DNA of 64,000 nucleotides from Salinivirgaceae bacterium (lineage in GTDB: Bacteria; Bacteroidota; Bacteroidia; Bacteroidales; SZUA-534): contig JAKSOL010000002.1 of the NCBI GenBank assembly GCA_024405635.1, positions 128,001 through 192,000 on the forward strand. Direction: 5' to 3'. How positions within the stretch are numbered: position 1 is the first letter of the stretch; each line of letters starts with the position of its first letter. The notes beneath the pieces are model-generated. The model was not told the origin of the DNA. It did not search any database and worked only from the letters and a program-made list of their open reading frames with translations. Below, piece by piece: positions 50,140-59,167 of the stretch. Both the position numbers and the translations under genes were made by a program.

Positions 50140-51276
50140 ATGAAACACTTAATTACTCTAGTGTTGGTGTGCTTTGTGGCTACTATGGCCATGGCTGCCG
50201 CAGAAACTTTTCAGAGTGGTGATCTTAGTTACACCATTACAAGCGGAACCGAGCCCTATACGGTAGAGGTTACAAAAGCCGATAGCTACAAATCCCTAAA
50301 AGATGTGGTTATTCCTGAGTCTGTAGAGAATAATGGCAAAACCTATTCGGTTACAAGCATTGGCCAGTATGCGTTTGCATATTGCAATAGCCTAACCTCA
50401 GTAACCATTCCAAATTCGGTTACAAGCATTGGCGACGAAGCATTCAAGTATGTAGGTAATATTGTGTACAATGGTACCAACGATTATGCCGCAAGAACAT
50501 TAAATGGTACAATTGATGGCGACTTTATTTGTGCCGATGCTGAAAAAACTCAGTTATCAGTGTACATTGGTAAAAGTGCTAACGTTGTTATTCCTGACAA
50601 TGTAACAACCATTGAAAATCTGGCATTTTTAAATAACGAAAGTGTTGAAACCTTGGTTGTCCCTGCTTCAGTAACCGTAATTAAGGACAACGCAATAATC
50701 CAATGCTTTAATACTATATATTGCGAGGTTAGCGCTAAGCCAGACACTTGGAAAAAGAATGGTTTTAATACATCAGCCAAAGTAATCTGGGGTGCGGTTA
50801 AAAACATTACTCTAACTGCTAATAATGATGCATTTGGAACTGTGGAAGGTGCTGGTAAAGTAGGCCTAAACACTAAAGCAACCCTAACCGCAACCGCAGC
50901 CGAGGGCTATCACTTTGCAAAATGGAGCAACGGCGCAACCGATGCAACCATAACAATAACCGTAGTTAGCGACACAACACTAACAGCAGAGTTTGCCGCA
51001 AACGAAAATCAAGGTGGCAACAACCAAGGAGATATCCAAGGTGATGTGAAACCTGCAGTTGCAGAAAATGCAGCCGATGCAATTTCAATCTACGCATACC
51101 AAAATATTATTGTAGTAGAAAATGCTGATGCAGAAATCTACGTATTTGATGTAATGGGCCGTTTGATTGCACGTGAAAACACTACAACCAACATTGCAGA
51201 AATACCAATGCCAAACGCAGGTATTTACATTGTAAAAGTTGGAGCTAAAGCACAACGCGTAAGCATTTCGCTTTAA
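50140..51276 (+). CDS. BspA-like leucine-rich-repeat surface protein with B-repeat-like domain and T9SS-type C-terminal domain
   Basis: Signal peptide; SVTSIGQYAFAYCNSLTSVTIPNSVTSIGDEAF LRR; ATAAEGYHFAKWSNG; C-terminal IYVFDVMGRLI...GIYIVKVG. Confidence 0.82.
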   Translation: MKHLITLVLVCFVATMAMAAAETFQSGDLSYTITSGTEPYTVEVTKADSYKSLKDVVIPESVENNGKTYSVTSIGQYAFAYCNSLTSVTIPNSVTSIGDEAFKYVGNIVYNGTNDYAARTLNGTIDGDFICADAEKTQLSVYIGKSANVVIPDNVTTIENLAFLNNESVETLVVPASVTVIKDNAIIQCFNTIYCEVSAKPDTWKKNGFNTSAKVIWGAVKNITLTANNDAFGTVEGAGKVGLNTKATLTATAAEGYHFAKWSNGATDATITITVVSDTTLTAEFAANENQGGNNQGDIQGDVKPAVAENAADAISIYAYQNIIVVENADAEIYVFDVMGRLIARENTTTNIAEIPMPNAGIYIVKVGAKAQRVSISL

Positions 51277-51302
51277 TAGTTAATGGCCAAAAGCCAATAG
51301 TC

Positions 51303-51340
51303 AAAAAAAAGGCAATGGACCAAGGTCTGTTGCCTTTTTT
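51303..51340 (+). terminator. Terminator after BspA-like gene
   Basis: AAAAAAGGCAATGGAC-loop-GTCTGTTGCCTTTTTT. Confidence 0.8.
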
Positions 51341-51425
51341 GTTTAATTAAACCGAGTACTTTTCTGTTGTTGTGAAAATGCTGAAAACATTTCAAAACAA
51401 TTACCTTCGCCGCAAATAATTCACT

Positions 51426-52514
51426 ATGCATCTCGATTTTGAAAACCGCCTACAAGCTCGGCTTGCGCAATTAGCAAATAAAGGTTTGTATCGCAATACA
51501 ACAGTTGCCGATTCGTTGAAATTTGATCTTTGCAACCGCCCATATTTCATCCATGACAATTTGCCTATTGGTAAAAGTGCAGATTTTAATGCCTCAGGGC
51601 TTTCTGTATGCAAGTCGTTGCAACGTAAGTTGGAACAAGAATTGGCAATTTTTCTAAAAACGAGCGATTGCTTGGTGTTGTCATCAAATTGCAATGTAGT
51701 TGAACAAATTGCAAATGTGCTACTCGATAAAGAAGACGCTTTGATTACTGCTACTCTTGAAACGGTTAATACCAAATCAACTTTACATCATTTTCATCAG
51801 TTCGATGTTGATGAATTGGAGAATAAACTTCAACTGTCGCAAGCTCAGCATTGTCGCATTGTGGCAGTAGATGCAGTGTCGCCTATTACAGGTGCAATTG
51901 CTCCTATGGAACATATTTGCAATCTGGCCAATAGCTACAAAGCCACAGTGCTGATTGACGAAACAAATTCGCTTGGCGTGTTAGGCGAAAATGGAGGAGG
52001 AGTATCTGAATTATTTGGAGTTGAGCAACAAGTTGATATTAAAGTTGGTTCGTTATATAACTTGCTTGGCATTCAGGCATCGTTTGTGGCCGGTAGTCGG
52101 CTGATTATTGATGCATTGCGACAAGGTCTTTGCCCGTTAAACTTCTTTGGAGTGTCAGAGCAAACAGCTGAGAGTGCCTTGTCTGCGTTGCAACAACTAA
52201 AAACGGTTGATTTAACAATGCCTATTCAACTGACAAACTATTTGATTCGAAAATTATATCATTCTCATTTTGAGATTTTGCCAACGCAATCAGCAATATG
52301 TGCTATTGAATTTGATGGTGAACAAACCGCAAATCAGTTATCTATAGCACTTATTGAGCAAGGAATTGCAACAATAGCATTGAGTTATCCCTATGCGTCA
52401 AAAGGAAAATCGTATTTGAGAACCAAGTTATATAATGCTATGAATGAGCAAGATGTGGAACTTGTGGCTGAAATTGTAACTAATGCTGCCAAGCAACAAA
52501 AAGTGATTGAATAG
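51426..52514 (+). CDS. Degenerate Kbl/BioF-family (alpha-oxoamine synthase fold) protein lacking the PLP lysine
   Basis: Collinear with Kbl (LEQELAIFL, AQHCRIVAVD, LIDETNSLGVLGENGGG, VDIKVGSLYNLLG, LSYP..SKGKSYLRTKL) but catalytic residues replaced. Confidence 0.75.
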   Translation: MHLDFENRLQARLAQLANKGLYRNTTVADSLKFDLCNRPYFIHDNLPIGKSADFNASGLSVCKSLQRKLEQELAIFLKTSDCLVLSSNCNVVEQIANVLLDKEDALITATLETVNTKSTLHHFHQFDVDELENKLQLSQAQHCRIVAVDAVSPITGAIAPMEHICNLANSYKATVLIDETNSLGVLGENGGGVSELFGVEQQVDIKVGSLYNLLGIQASFVAGSRLIIDALRQGLCPLNFFGVSEQTAESALSALQQLKTVDLTMPIQLTNYLIRKLYHSHFEILPTQSAICAIEFDGEQTANQLSIALIEQGIATIALSYPYASKGKSYLRTKLYNAMNEQDVELVAEIVTNAAKQQKVIE

Positions 52515-52599
52515 GCTTTTTTTTGAAAAAAATAAGAAAAAAAACATAATGAGTTGCACATATTAAAACTTGTTATACATTTGCACCCGCATTCAGCAC

Positions 52600-52670
52600 T
52601 GTCGCATGGTGTAATGGTAACACTACAGGTTTTGGTTCTGTCATTCAAGGTTCGAATCCTTGTGCGACAA
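52600..52670 (+). tRNA. tRNA-Gln(TTG)
   Basis: TGTCGCATGGTGTAATGGTAACACTACAGGTTTTGGTTCTGTCATTCAAGGTTCGAATCCTTGTGCGACAA; TACATTTG box at 52576-52583. Confidence 0.96.
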
Positions 52671-52671
52671 C

Positions 52672-52701
52672 AAACCTCCAAAGAAATTTGGAGGTTTTTT
52701 T
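52672..52701 (+). terminator. Terminator after tRNA-Gln
   Basis: AAACCTCCAAA-GAAA-TTTGGAGGTTTTTT. Confidence 0.8.
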
Positions 52702-52711
52702 ATTTCTACCA

Positions 52712-53281
52712 ATGAGAAAATTACTGCCAATATTATTGTTAGCCGCATTGTTTCAATCTTGCACCTCGTGTCCTGAGTATATTAAAGCCTACGAGTTGAA
52801 GCGTTGTGTAAATGTGGTTAGGGTAGTTGAATTGGGGGCGATTGAACCGATGGTTGCTGCCGATAGTATAAGGTTGCTGCAACGTGAATACGAAACTCAA
52901 TTGTGCAGTGCAATTGCCGAGCATAGGCATATTATTGATTCTCTTCAGGCAAAAATTCAAAAGACTGAGGCTGACATCAATAGCACATCGAGTGCTCAAA
53001 TGGTTGAATTACTAAACAAGGGTATAAAATCAATGCGTTGGAAATGTAATGTTGCACAGCAAGTTATTGATACATACCAAAACTCACCAGAGCAAACCAG
53101 ATTGGCAGATATCTTGAATCAAATTTTGCATTTTCAGACAGATACGGCCGCAGTTGTGGCGTACAAACAAAAGTGTGTGTTTGTTGGTCGCCAAGGTTTG
53201 TTGCCAAAAGAAACCTATGTGCGAAATTATGTTCTGTCGTTTGATAGGGGCGAAATTGTTGGTGAACTTATTCAGCATTAA
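52712..53281 (+). CDS. Hypothetical lipoprotein
   Basis: MRKLLPILLLAALFQSC lipobox; central coiled coil. Confidence 0.7.
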   Translation: MRKLLPILLLAALFQSCTSCPEYIKAYELKRCVNVVRVVELGAIEPMVAADSIRLLQREYETQLCSAIAEHRHIIDSLQAKIQKTEADINSTSSAQMVELLNKGIKSMRWKCNVAQQVIDTYQNSPEQTRLADILNQILHFQTDTAAVVAYKQKCVFVGRQGLLPKETYVRNYVLSFDRGEIVGELIQH

Positions 53282-54413
53282 CAAATTGTCCCGCAAATAG
53301 CACCTCGTTTGTTGCTTTGTTTACAATGTAATAAACAAACGGGTGGTCGAACAATACTGGAATGTCGCGCGATAGTGAACTCTTGGCAATCATTTCAATA
53401 GCAGTTGCGGCTGCAGCTTCGGTTCCTTTTTCATCTACGATTATTGTGGCATTGTGAAACACAGCACCTATTTTTAAATCGTTAGCTTGACTAATGCCCG
53501 AAAAGTTGGCAATGTTGCTGAACGCGTTTTTAAGACCTATATTTTTCAATGTTTCGCTAACATTTGTTGCTGTGTTGGTGTTGAATTTTGGCATCGATAA
53601 TATAATGGAAGTTGGGCGCAGAACTTTGGCAATGTCGTTGAGTATGCCATTTTTGAATCTCGAAAGCATTTCGGTAATAGTGCGGCCTTTGGGCATTATA
53701 ATATACATTGATAATTGATTGCCGTTGTATGGGAGTTCAACTGCTTGAATGTTGCCATCGGAGTAAAAGTTTAACATTTGCGTTTGTTGCATGAAAGATG
53801 CGCGTTGTGTTGTGTCGCCAAAAAAATCGCCATGCCAAGTGTTGCTGCTTTTGAATGGAGTAGCCCATTCGCCCGAAAAATCTATGGTGTTGGTTAGTAA
53901 TAAACGAGTGTTCTTGTCAAGGGCGTTACTTGGTATAAGTTCCTTTATCTTGCCGTTAGTTTGTTGTTTTGCCCATTGGTTTATTGCATTGCGTGCTTTG
54001 GCTCGTTTTTTGTCCGATTTAAAGTCGCAAAGTTTTGCTTCTGCTTTAAAATTGTTTGCCATTTCTTTTTTGAACGAGGCATTTATAGGATAGTCATTTT
54101 GAACCCAAATAGCATTTGTAACGTTAACTTTGCATTTGCCGCTAATGGTTGAAACGCAAGGCTTTGAGTCGGTTGCAAGCAGCCTGTTAAACTCAACTTT
54201 TGTGTCGCCCTTTGCTCCCGTTGCTGCCATTTGCAATGCAGTGCTTATTGAAGCTGGCGAAAAAACAAAGTTTTGTTTTTCCATTTCTTTGGTCAGCTCC
54301 AGTTGTATTTTGTAGGGGAGTAATCCGGTGCTAAGCGCTTTGTTGGCGTTTTTTTGAGCTATTAAATTTGTGCTTGCAATAATGGCAAGAGTCAGGATTA
54401 GTATTTTTTTCAT
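53268..54413 (-). CDS. Secreted serpin
   Basis: Signal peptide; NFVFSPASI, INQWAKQQTNGKI, VELPY, SMPKF, EKGTEAAAAT hinge, FDHPFVYYI; ATG 54413. Confidence 0.93.
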   Translation of the reverse strand: MKKILILTLAIIASTNLIAQKNANKALSTGLLPYKIQLELTKEMEKQNFVFSPASISTALQMAATGAKGDTKVEFNRLLATDSKPCVSTISGKCKVNVTNAIWVQNDYPINASFKKEMANNFKAEAKLCDFKSDKKRAKARNAINQWAKQQTNGKIKELIPSNALDKNTRLLLTNTIDFSGEWATPFKSSNTWHGDFFGDTTQRASFMQQTQMLNFYSDGNIQAVELPYNGNQLSMYIIMPKGRTITEMLSRFKNGILNDIAKVLRPTSIILSMPKFNTNTATNVSETLKNIGLKNAFSNIANFSGISQANDLKIGAVFHNATIIVDEKGTEAAAATAIEMIAKSSLSRDIPVLFDHPFVYYIVNKATNEVLFAGQFVNAE

Positions 54414-54417
54414 TTGG

Positions 54418-55830
54418 TTATCCGTTTTGTACTGTTTGTTCAACTTCGTCAATGGTTGATGGTACTTTTTTGCTACCCAAAACACGAGCTCCTGTTTCGG
54501 TAATAAGAAGGTCATCTTCAATTCTAACGCCACCAAAATCAATGTATTGCTCAACTTTGTTAAAATTAATGAACTCGGCATTTTTGCCAGACGCTTTCCA
54601 TTGGTTAATAAGGTCGGGAATGAAGTATATGCCAGGTTCATCGCTCACAACAAAACCGGGTTGAAGAGTGCGGCCCATGCGTAACGATGATGTGCCAAAT
54701 TGGTCAATTGGGCGTGTTATTTGGTCGTAACCAACATAAATCTGGCCTAAATTTTCCATGTCGTGAACATCGAGTCCAATCATGTGCCCAAGTCCGTGCG
54801 GTAAAAACATTGCATGAGCACCAGCGGCTACGGCTTCGTCAATATCGCCCTTCATTAATCCTAGGCTCTTAAGACCTTGTGCAATAATCTTGCAGCAAGC
54901 AAGGTGAACGCTCAAGTATGTTACTCCTGGTTTTGCAAGTTTAGCGGCAGCTTGGTTAGCATCAAGCACAATTTGGTAAATCTCTTTCTGTTTTTGTGTG
55001 AATTTGCCATTTACTGGAAATGTGCGAGTGTAGTCCGATGGGTATCCCATTGCAGTTTCGGCTCCAGCGTCAACCAACATAAGGCGCCCCGAGGTAATAG
55101 GATTGCCGTGATAGTGATTGTGTAGAGTTTGCCCATTTTGCGTTAATATGGTAGGAAACGAAAAGTAACCTCCGTATTTGAGTGGAATACTATCTACGAT
55201 GCTATGCAATTCGTACTCATTTTTTACACGAGTAACATTTTTCATTGCTGCTACATGCATTTCGTAACCAATAGCACAAGCAAATTCCATCTCTTCAATT
55301 TCTTCGGCCGATTTTACTGAGCGCAAATCTATTATGGCTTGTGTGAGTTTCATTGAAATACCATTAGCAACCTCGTCAGTTGAGCGGTTCAGCATTTTAG
55401 ATAGTTTTATTAAGGCATCAGCTCGATATTGTGGAGTGTACATTATGTCGCGGTCCATTCTCATAGCAGTGTGCACATACTCAATGGCTTCAGAGGTTGG
55501 CTTTACTCTAGTGATTCCAGCAAGTAGCGCACGTTCGCGTATGGTTTGTTGTTTTCCCATCCATACAATGTCATCAATACTATATTCATCGGCAAAAATT
55601 ATCTCTTCACCACTATCAAAATCAATGGCGGCCATAATGCCGGGTTGCCAAATGCCAAAAAAGTAAATAAATGTGCTGTCTTGACGAAAGCGATATGTAT
55701 TGTCGGTGTAGTTCATAGGAGAATCGTTGTTTCCCATAAAAATTGCTACACCAGTTTTTACTTTGTCACGTAAAAGTCGGCGGCGAGTAGCGTAAGTGCT
55801 TGCGCCAAACATGGTTCGTATTGTGTTCAT
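54418..55830 (-). CDS. pepP: Xaa-Pro aminopeptidase
   Basis: FRQDSTFIYF, DAGAE, SDYTRT, HGLGHMIGLDVHD, EPGIYF, GVRIEDD; start 55830 or 55812. Confidence 0.93.
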   Translation of the reverse strand: MNTIRTMFGASTYATRRRLLRDKVKTGVAIFMGNNDSPMNYTDNTYRFRQDSTFIYFFGIWQPGIMAAIDFDSGEEIIFADEYSIDDIVWMGKQQTIRERALLAGITRVKPTSEAIEYVHTAMRMDRDIMYTPQYRADALIKLSKMLNRSTDEVANGISMKLTQAIIDLRSVKSAEEIEEMEFACAIGYEMHVAAMKNVTRVKNEYELHSIVDSIPLKYGGYFSFPTILTQNGQTLHNHYHGNPITSGRLMLVDAGAETAMGYPSDYTRTFPVNGKFTQKQKEIYQIVLDANQAAAKLAKPGVTYLSVHLACCKIIAQGLKSLGLMKGDIDEAVAAGAHAMFLPHGLGHMIGLDVHDMENLGQIYVGYDQITRPIDQFGTSSLRMGRTLQPGFVVSDEPGIYFIPDLINQWKASGKNAEFINFNKVEQYIDFGGVRIEDDLLITETGARVLGSKKVPSTIDEVEQTVQNG

Positions 55831-56136
55831 TGTGTTTATGTTTTGAACCAAAGGTAGAAATAAGTTGTAAACTGATGAAATTGAAAAAAAGAGAGCGAAA
55901 ATAAGAGTAGAGAGGCGTGCTTTTGGTAACTTTTTTCTGATTGTATCGTAAAAGTATTTGTAGTGGTTATTAAAAAAAATCAGCAGTCTTTTAGTGGTTG
56001 ATATTCAAATGATAAGAATAGAAATTGCTCAACAATGCATTAAAGAATAAAAAATAGGAGGCTTGGTTTAATGAAAAATACTACTTTTACAATTATCGGT
56101 TGCAAGACAATCGGTGTGGAATTATAGTTAATAGGT

Positions 56137-56991
56137 ATGATTAGTAACGACGATATTGCAAAGGTTCTGGCTGCTTTTAAAACGGCATCAACCTACGATT
56201 TTAGCGATTATTGCGACAGGTCGTTTGCGCGCCGAGTTGACAAGATTCTTACCGATAATAAAATTTCTGCCGATTTGTTCGTGAAACAACTAATGAGTGA
56301 TCGCGACTTCCTTGAAAAATCGGTGCGCGACATTACGGTAAACACAACCGAGCTTTTTCGCGATCCGCAAATGTGGCTCAACTTGCGCTATCAAGTGTTG
56401 CCTCGTTTTAAGGATAAACCTACAATTAAAATTTGGCATGCAGGCTGCTCATCGGGACAAGAGATTTATTCAATGATGATTTTGCTTAACGAACTTGGCA
56501 TGTTCGATAAAGCTCAAATCTTTGCTACCGATATAAATACCGCTGTTATTGAGGCCGCACAAACTGGTACTTACAAGTACATGTTCAACTTGAATTATTT
56601 GGACAACTTTGACAAGGTGATGCGCGAAAATCCGTACAACTTTGAGCAAAAGTACGACGTCCCTTATGAAAAATACTTTGATATTGATAAGCGTAAGGAC
56701 GTTATTCAAATGAATGATTTCTTGTGTAAGAAACCAGTGTTCCGTAAGCATGACTTGGTGAGCGGATGCAACCCATTCTATCACCAATTTGATTTAATAT
56801 TGTGCCGCAACGTAATCATTTACTTTAATCCCAAATTGCAAAATAAGGTTATCAATATGTTTGCAAATAACCTATCGGTAAATGGCTTTTTGATTTTGGG
56901 AGCTTCGGAAAGTATTTTGGGCTCGGCCAATAGTAGCTTTGAGCGAATGGTAGGTTTCTATCGTAAAAAACAAACAATTTCAATGTTTTAG
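56137..56991 (+). CDS. cheR: CheR-type protein-glutamate O-methyltransferase (catalytic motifs intact)
   Basis: TVNTTELFRDP, IWHAGCSSGQEIYS, FATDIN, HDL, FDLILCRNVIIYF, LGASES. Confidence 0.92.
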   Translation: MISNDDIAKVLAAFKTASTYDFSDYCDRSFARRVDKILTDNKISADLFVKQLMSDRDFLEKSVRDITVNTTELFRDPQMWLNLRYQVLPRFKDKPTIKIWHAGCSSGQEIYSMMILLNELGMFDKAQIFATDINTAVIEAAQTGTYKYMFNLNYLDNFDKVMRENPYNFEQKYDVPYEKYFDIDKRKDVIQMNDFLCKKPVFRKHDLVSGCNPFYHQFDLILCRNVIIYFNPKLQNKVINMFANNLSVNGFLILGASESILGSANSSFERMVGFYRKKQTISMF

Positions 56992-56994
56992 CTT

Positions 56995-57822
56995 ATGATA
57001 GAAACTTTGGGTATAGTGGATATTAGAAAAATGAACGGATTTGTGTCCGAGGCATTTGGCATTAATTTGGCCGACTATGCGTCAACCATATTAAAACGCC
57101 GCTATGTGCACATGCTCAATACATATAATTGCGTGTCGGTAGATAATTTTGAGGATAGAATAAAAAAAGGAATAATTACCGCCGATGATGTGATGTATGA
57201 AGTGTCGCTAGAGACTACAGAATTGTTCCGCGATCCTTCGGCTTGGCGCGAAATGCGTGACAAATACTTGCCAGAAGTGTGCAAGTCGGGCAAGTGTAAT
57301 ATATTAATGCCCGGCGAGTCTTCAGGTGACGAACTTTACTCAATGATGATAGTGTTGTCTGAAGCAAATTTGTTAGATAAAGTTCAAGTAGATGCGTATT
57401 GCCCATCAAACCGAAACTTGAAACAAATAAAAGATGGTGGTTTGTATGATTCCAAAAAATTAGAGTTGGGTGATGCAAACTATACTAGATATTCGGGGCC
57501 TAAAACATTGTCCAACTATTATACATTGGTGGACAATAGAGCAAAAATGCAATCATCGTTGCTTAATGGGGTAAATCTTTCGGTGCGCGATGTACAGAAA
57601 AATGCCGACACAAAACGATATAAAATGATAGTGTATCGAAATGTGTTGCTGCAATATTCGGTTCCATTGTATGAGCGAGTGGTGAAAACCTTAGTTGATA
57701 AACTTGACATAGGCGGTTACTTGATTATTGGCGATATGGAGACCCTTGAGTATTGCGATTCAAACCGAAAATTGGTTTTGGTTGATAGCGCTGAACAGGT
57801 GTATCGTAAAAAGATGGATTAG
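56995..57822 (+). CDS. Second, degenerate CheR-like protein
   Basis: TTELFRDP, PGESSGDELYS, YRNVLLQY, LIIGDMET; SAM-binding ATD replaced by AYC. Confidence 0.82.
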   Translation: MIETLGIVDIRKMNGFVSEAFGINLADYASTILKRRYVHMLNTYNCVSVDNFEDRIKKGIITADDVMYEVSLETTELFRDPSAWREMRDKYLPEVCKSGKCNILMPGESSGDELYSMMIVLSEANLLDKVQVDAYCPSNRNLKQIKDGGLYDSKKLELGDANYTRYSGPKTLSNYYTLVDNRAKMQSSLLNGVNLSVRDVQKNADTKRYKMIVYRNVLLQYSVPLYERVVKTLVDKLDIGGYLIIGDMETLEYCDSNRKLVLVDSAEQVYRKKMD

Positions 57823-57825
57823 AGT

Positions 57826-58392
57826 ATGGAAAGCGAATATAAAGCCATAATGATTGGAGGTTCTGCCGGAAGTTTTCAGGTGGTGTGCAAAATAATAGCC
57901 GCATTGCCTGCCGACTATCCATTGCCAATTATTATGTGTTTGCATAGATTGAAACATGTGCGTTCGGGCTTTGTTGAGGCTCTTTCAATTAAATCAAAGT
58001 TGCCTATAATTGAGCCCCACGACAAAGAACCTCTACGCAATGGTCGCATATATTTGGCTCCCGCAAACTATCACATGTATATAGAGTTGGGTAACCGTTT
58101 TTCACTATCTACTGAGGATGTGATTAATCACTCGCGCCCATCAATCGATTTGTCATTCTTTTCCGCCTCGTACAATTATAAGCGTAAGTTGGTGGGAATA
58201 ATTCTTAGTGGAGCCAACAAAGATGGAGCTCTAGGATTGAAAAGTGTAGCAGACGGTGGAGGCTTGACTATAGTCCAAGATCCTAAAGAATGTCAAGTCC
58301 CAACAATGACTACAGCTTCAATGAATGCAACAAAAGTTGACCATATATTTACAACCAAACAAATTATTGACTTTTTGCTTAAACTAACATAA
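57826..58392 (+). CDS. cheB: Stand-alone CheB-type methylesterase (no receiver domain)
   Basis: IGGSAGS (Ser), LHR (His), RPSID, LSGANKDG (Asp), IVQDP. Confidence 0.92.
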   Translation: MESEYKAIMIGGSAGSFQVVCKIIAALPADYPLPIIMCLHRLKHVRSGFVEALSIKSKLPIIEPHDKEPLRNGRIYLAPANYHMYIELGNRFSLSTEDVINHSRPSIDLSFFSASYNYKRKLVGIILSGANKDGALGLKSVADGGGLTIVQDPKECQVPTMTTASMNATKVDHIFTTKQIIDFLLKLT

Positions 58393-58402
58393 CCCTAATT
58401 GT

Positions 58403-59155
58403 ATGGATATTTTGAAACACAAAAGCAAAACGTACACTTGCGGCATCTTGATGATGCTACTTTGTGTAGTTTCAATTATAGTACTGCTTTGCGGTAGCCA
58501 AAATATGGGCAATATAGCATCGCTCACATTGTTGGCATTGCTAGTTCTAATGGCGTTTATGGCGTTCAGTATGATGCTTATGGGCATCAAAATGGTAGAC
58601 ACAGTTATCGAAACCGAAGAAGATCGAATGATTGAGACCGAAGACCAATACGAGCAAAAGGTTGATGATATTATAAGAGATATAGATCAACGAGATTTCG
58701 ATTTGGAAAAGGTAGCATCTCTTGTAACTAAAAACGAAGGTTGGAAAATGTTTGCAGAATCTCTTTTATCTTCGTTGTCAAAGCAAGTTGATATGGCGAT
58801 AGGAATTGTATATAAGGCCGAAAAAGATGATAATGGAGATGTGTTTAATCCAGTGGCAACATATGCATATTATAGCGATCAAGCTCCATCCAGTTTTAGA
58901 GTGGGAGAGGGTATATCGGGACAAGTGGTGTTAGATAAAAAATCAATGATGCTAAACGAATTGTCAAACAAAAACATGACAATAGTGTCGGGGTTAGGCG
59001 AGTCGCAAGTCAATAATTTGGCAATTGTTCCAATTTTAAAGGACGATAATGTGGTCGGTTTAATAGAAATTGCTACATTTAAACCATTGGAAAAATGTGT
59101 AGCAAGCAAGATAGATGATTTGTCTAAAGTAATTGGTAATATTGCACCTTTATAA
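58403..59155 (+). CDS. Two-TM membrane protein with C-terminal GAF domain
   Basis: Two hydrophobic helices; ATYAY...FRVGEGISGQV...IVSGLG...IVPI...VVGLIEIA. Confidence 0.85.
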   Translation: MDILKHKSKTYTCGILMMLLCVVSIIVLLCGSQNMGNIASLTLLALLVLMAFMAFSMMLMGIKMVDTVIETEEDRMIETEDQYEQKVDDIIRDIDQRDFDLEKVASLVTKNEGWKMFAESLLSSLSKQVDMAIGIVYKAEKDDNGDVFNPVATYAYYSDQAPSSFRVGEGISGQVVLDKKSMMLNELSNKNMTIVSGLGESQVNNLAIVPILKDDNVVGLIEIATFKPLEKCVASKIDDLSKVIGNIAPL

Positions 59156-59167
59156 ACTGAAAACCTA

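Noticed and set aside
56137-58392. Classical chemotaxis operon
   Set aside because: No cheA, cheW, cheY, MCP or flagellar genes in the window; CheB lacks a receiver domain.
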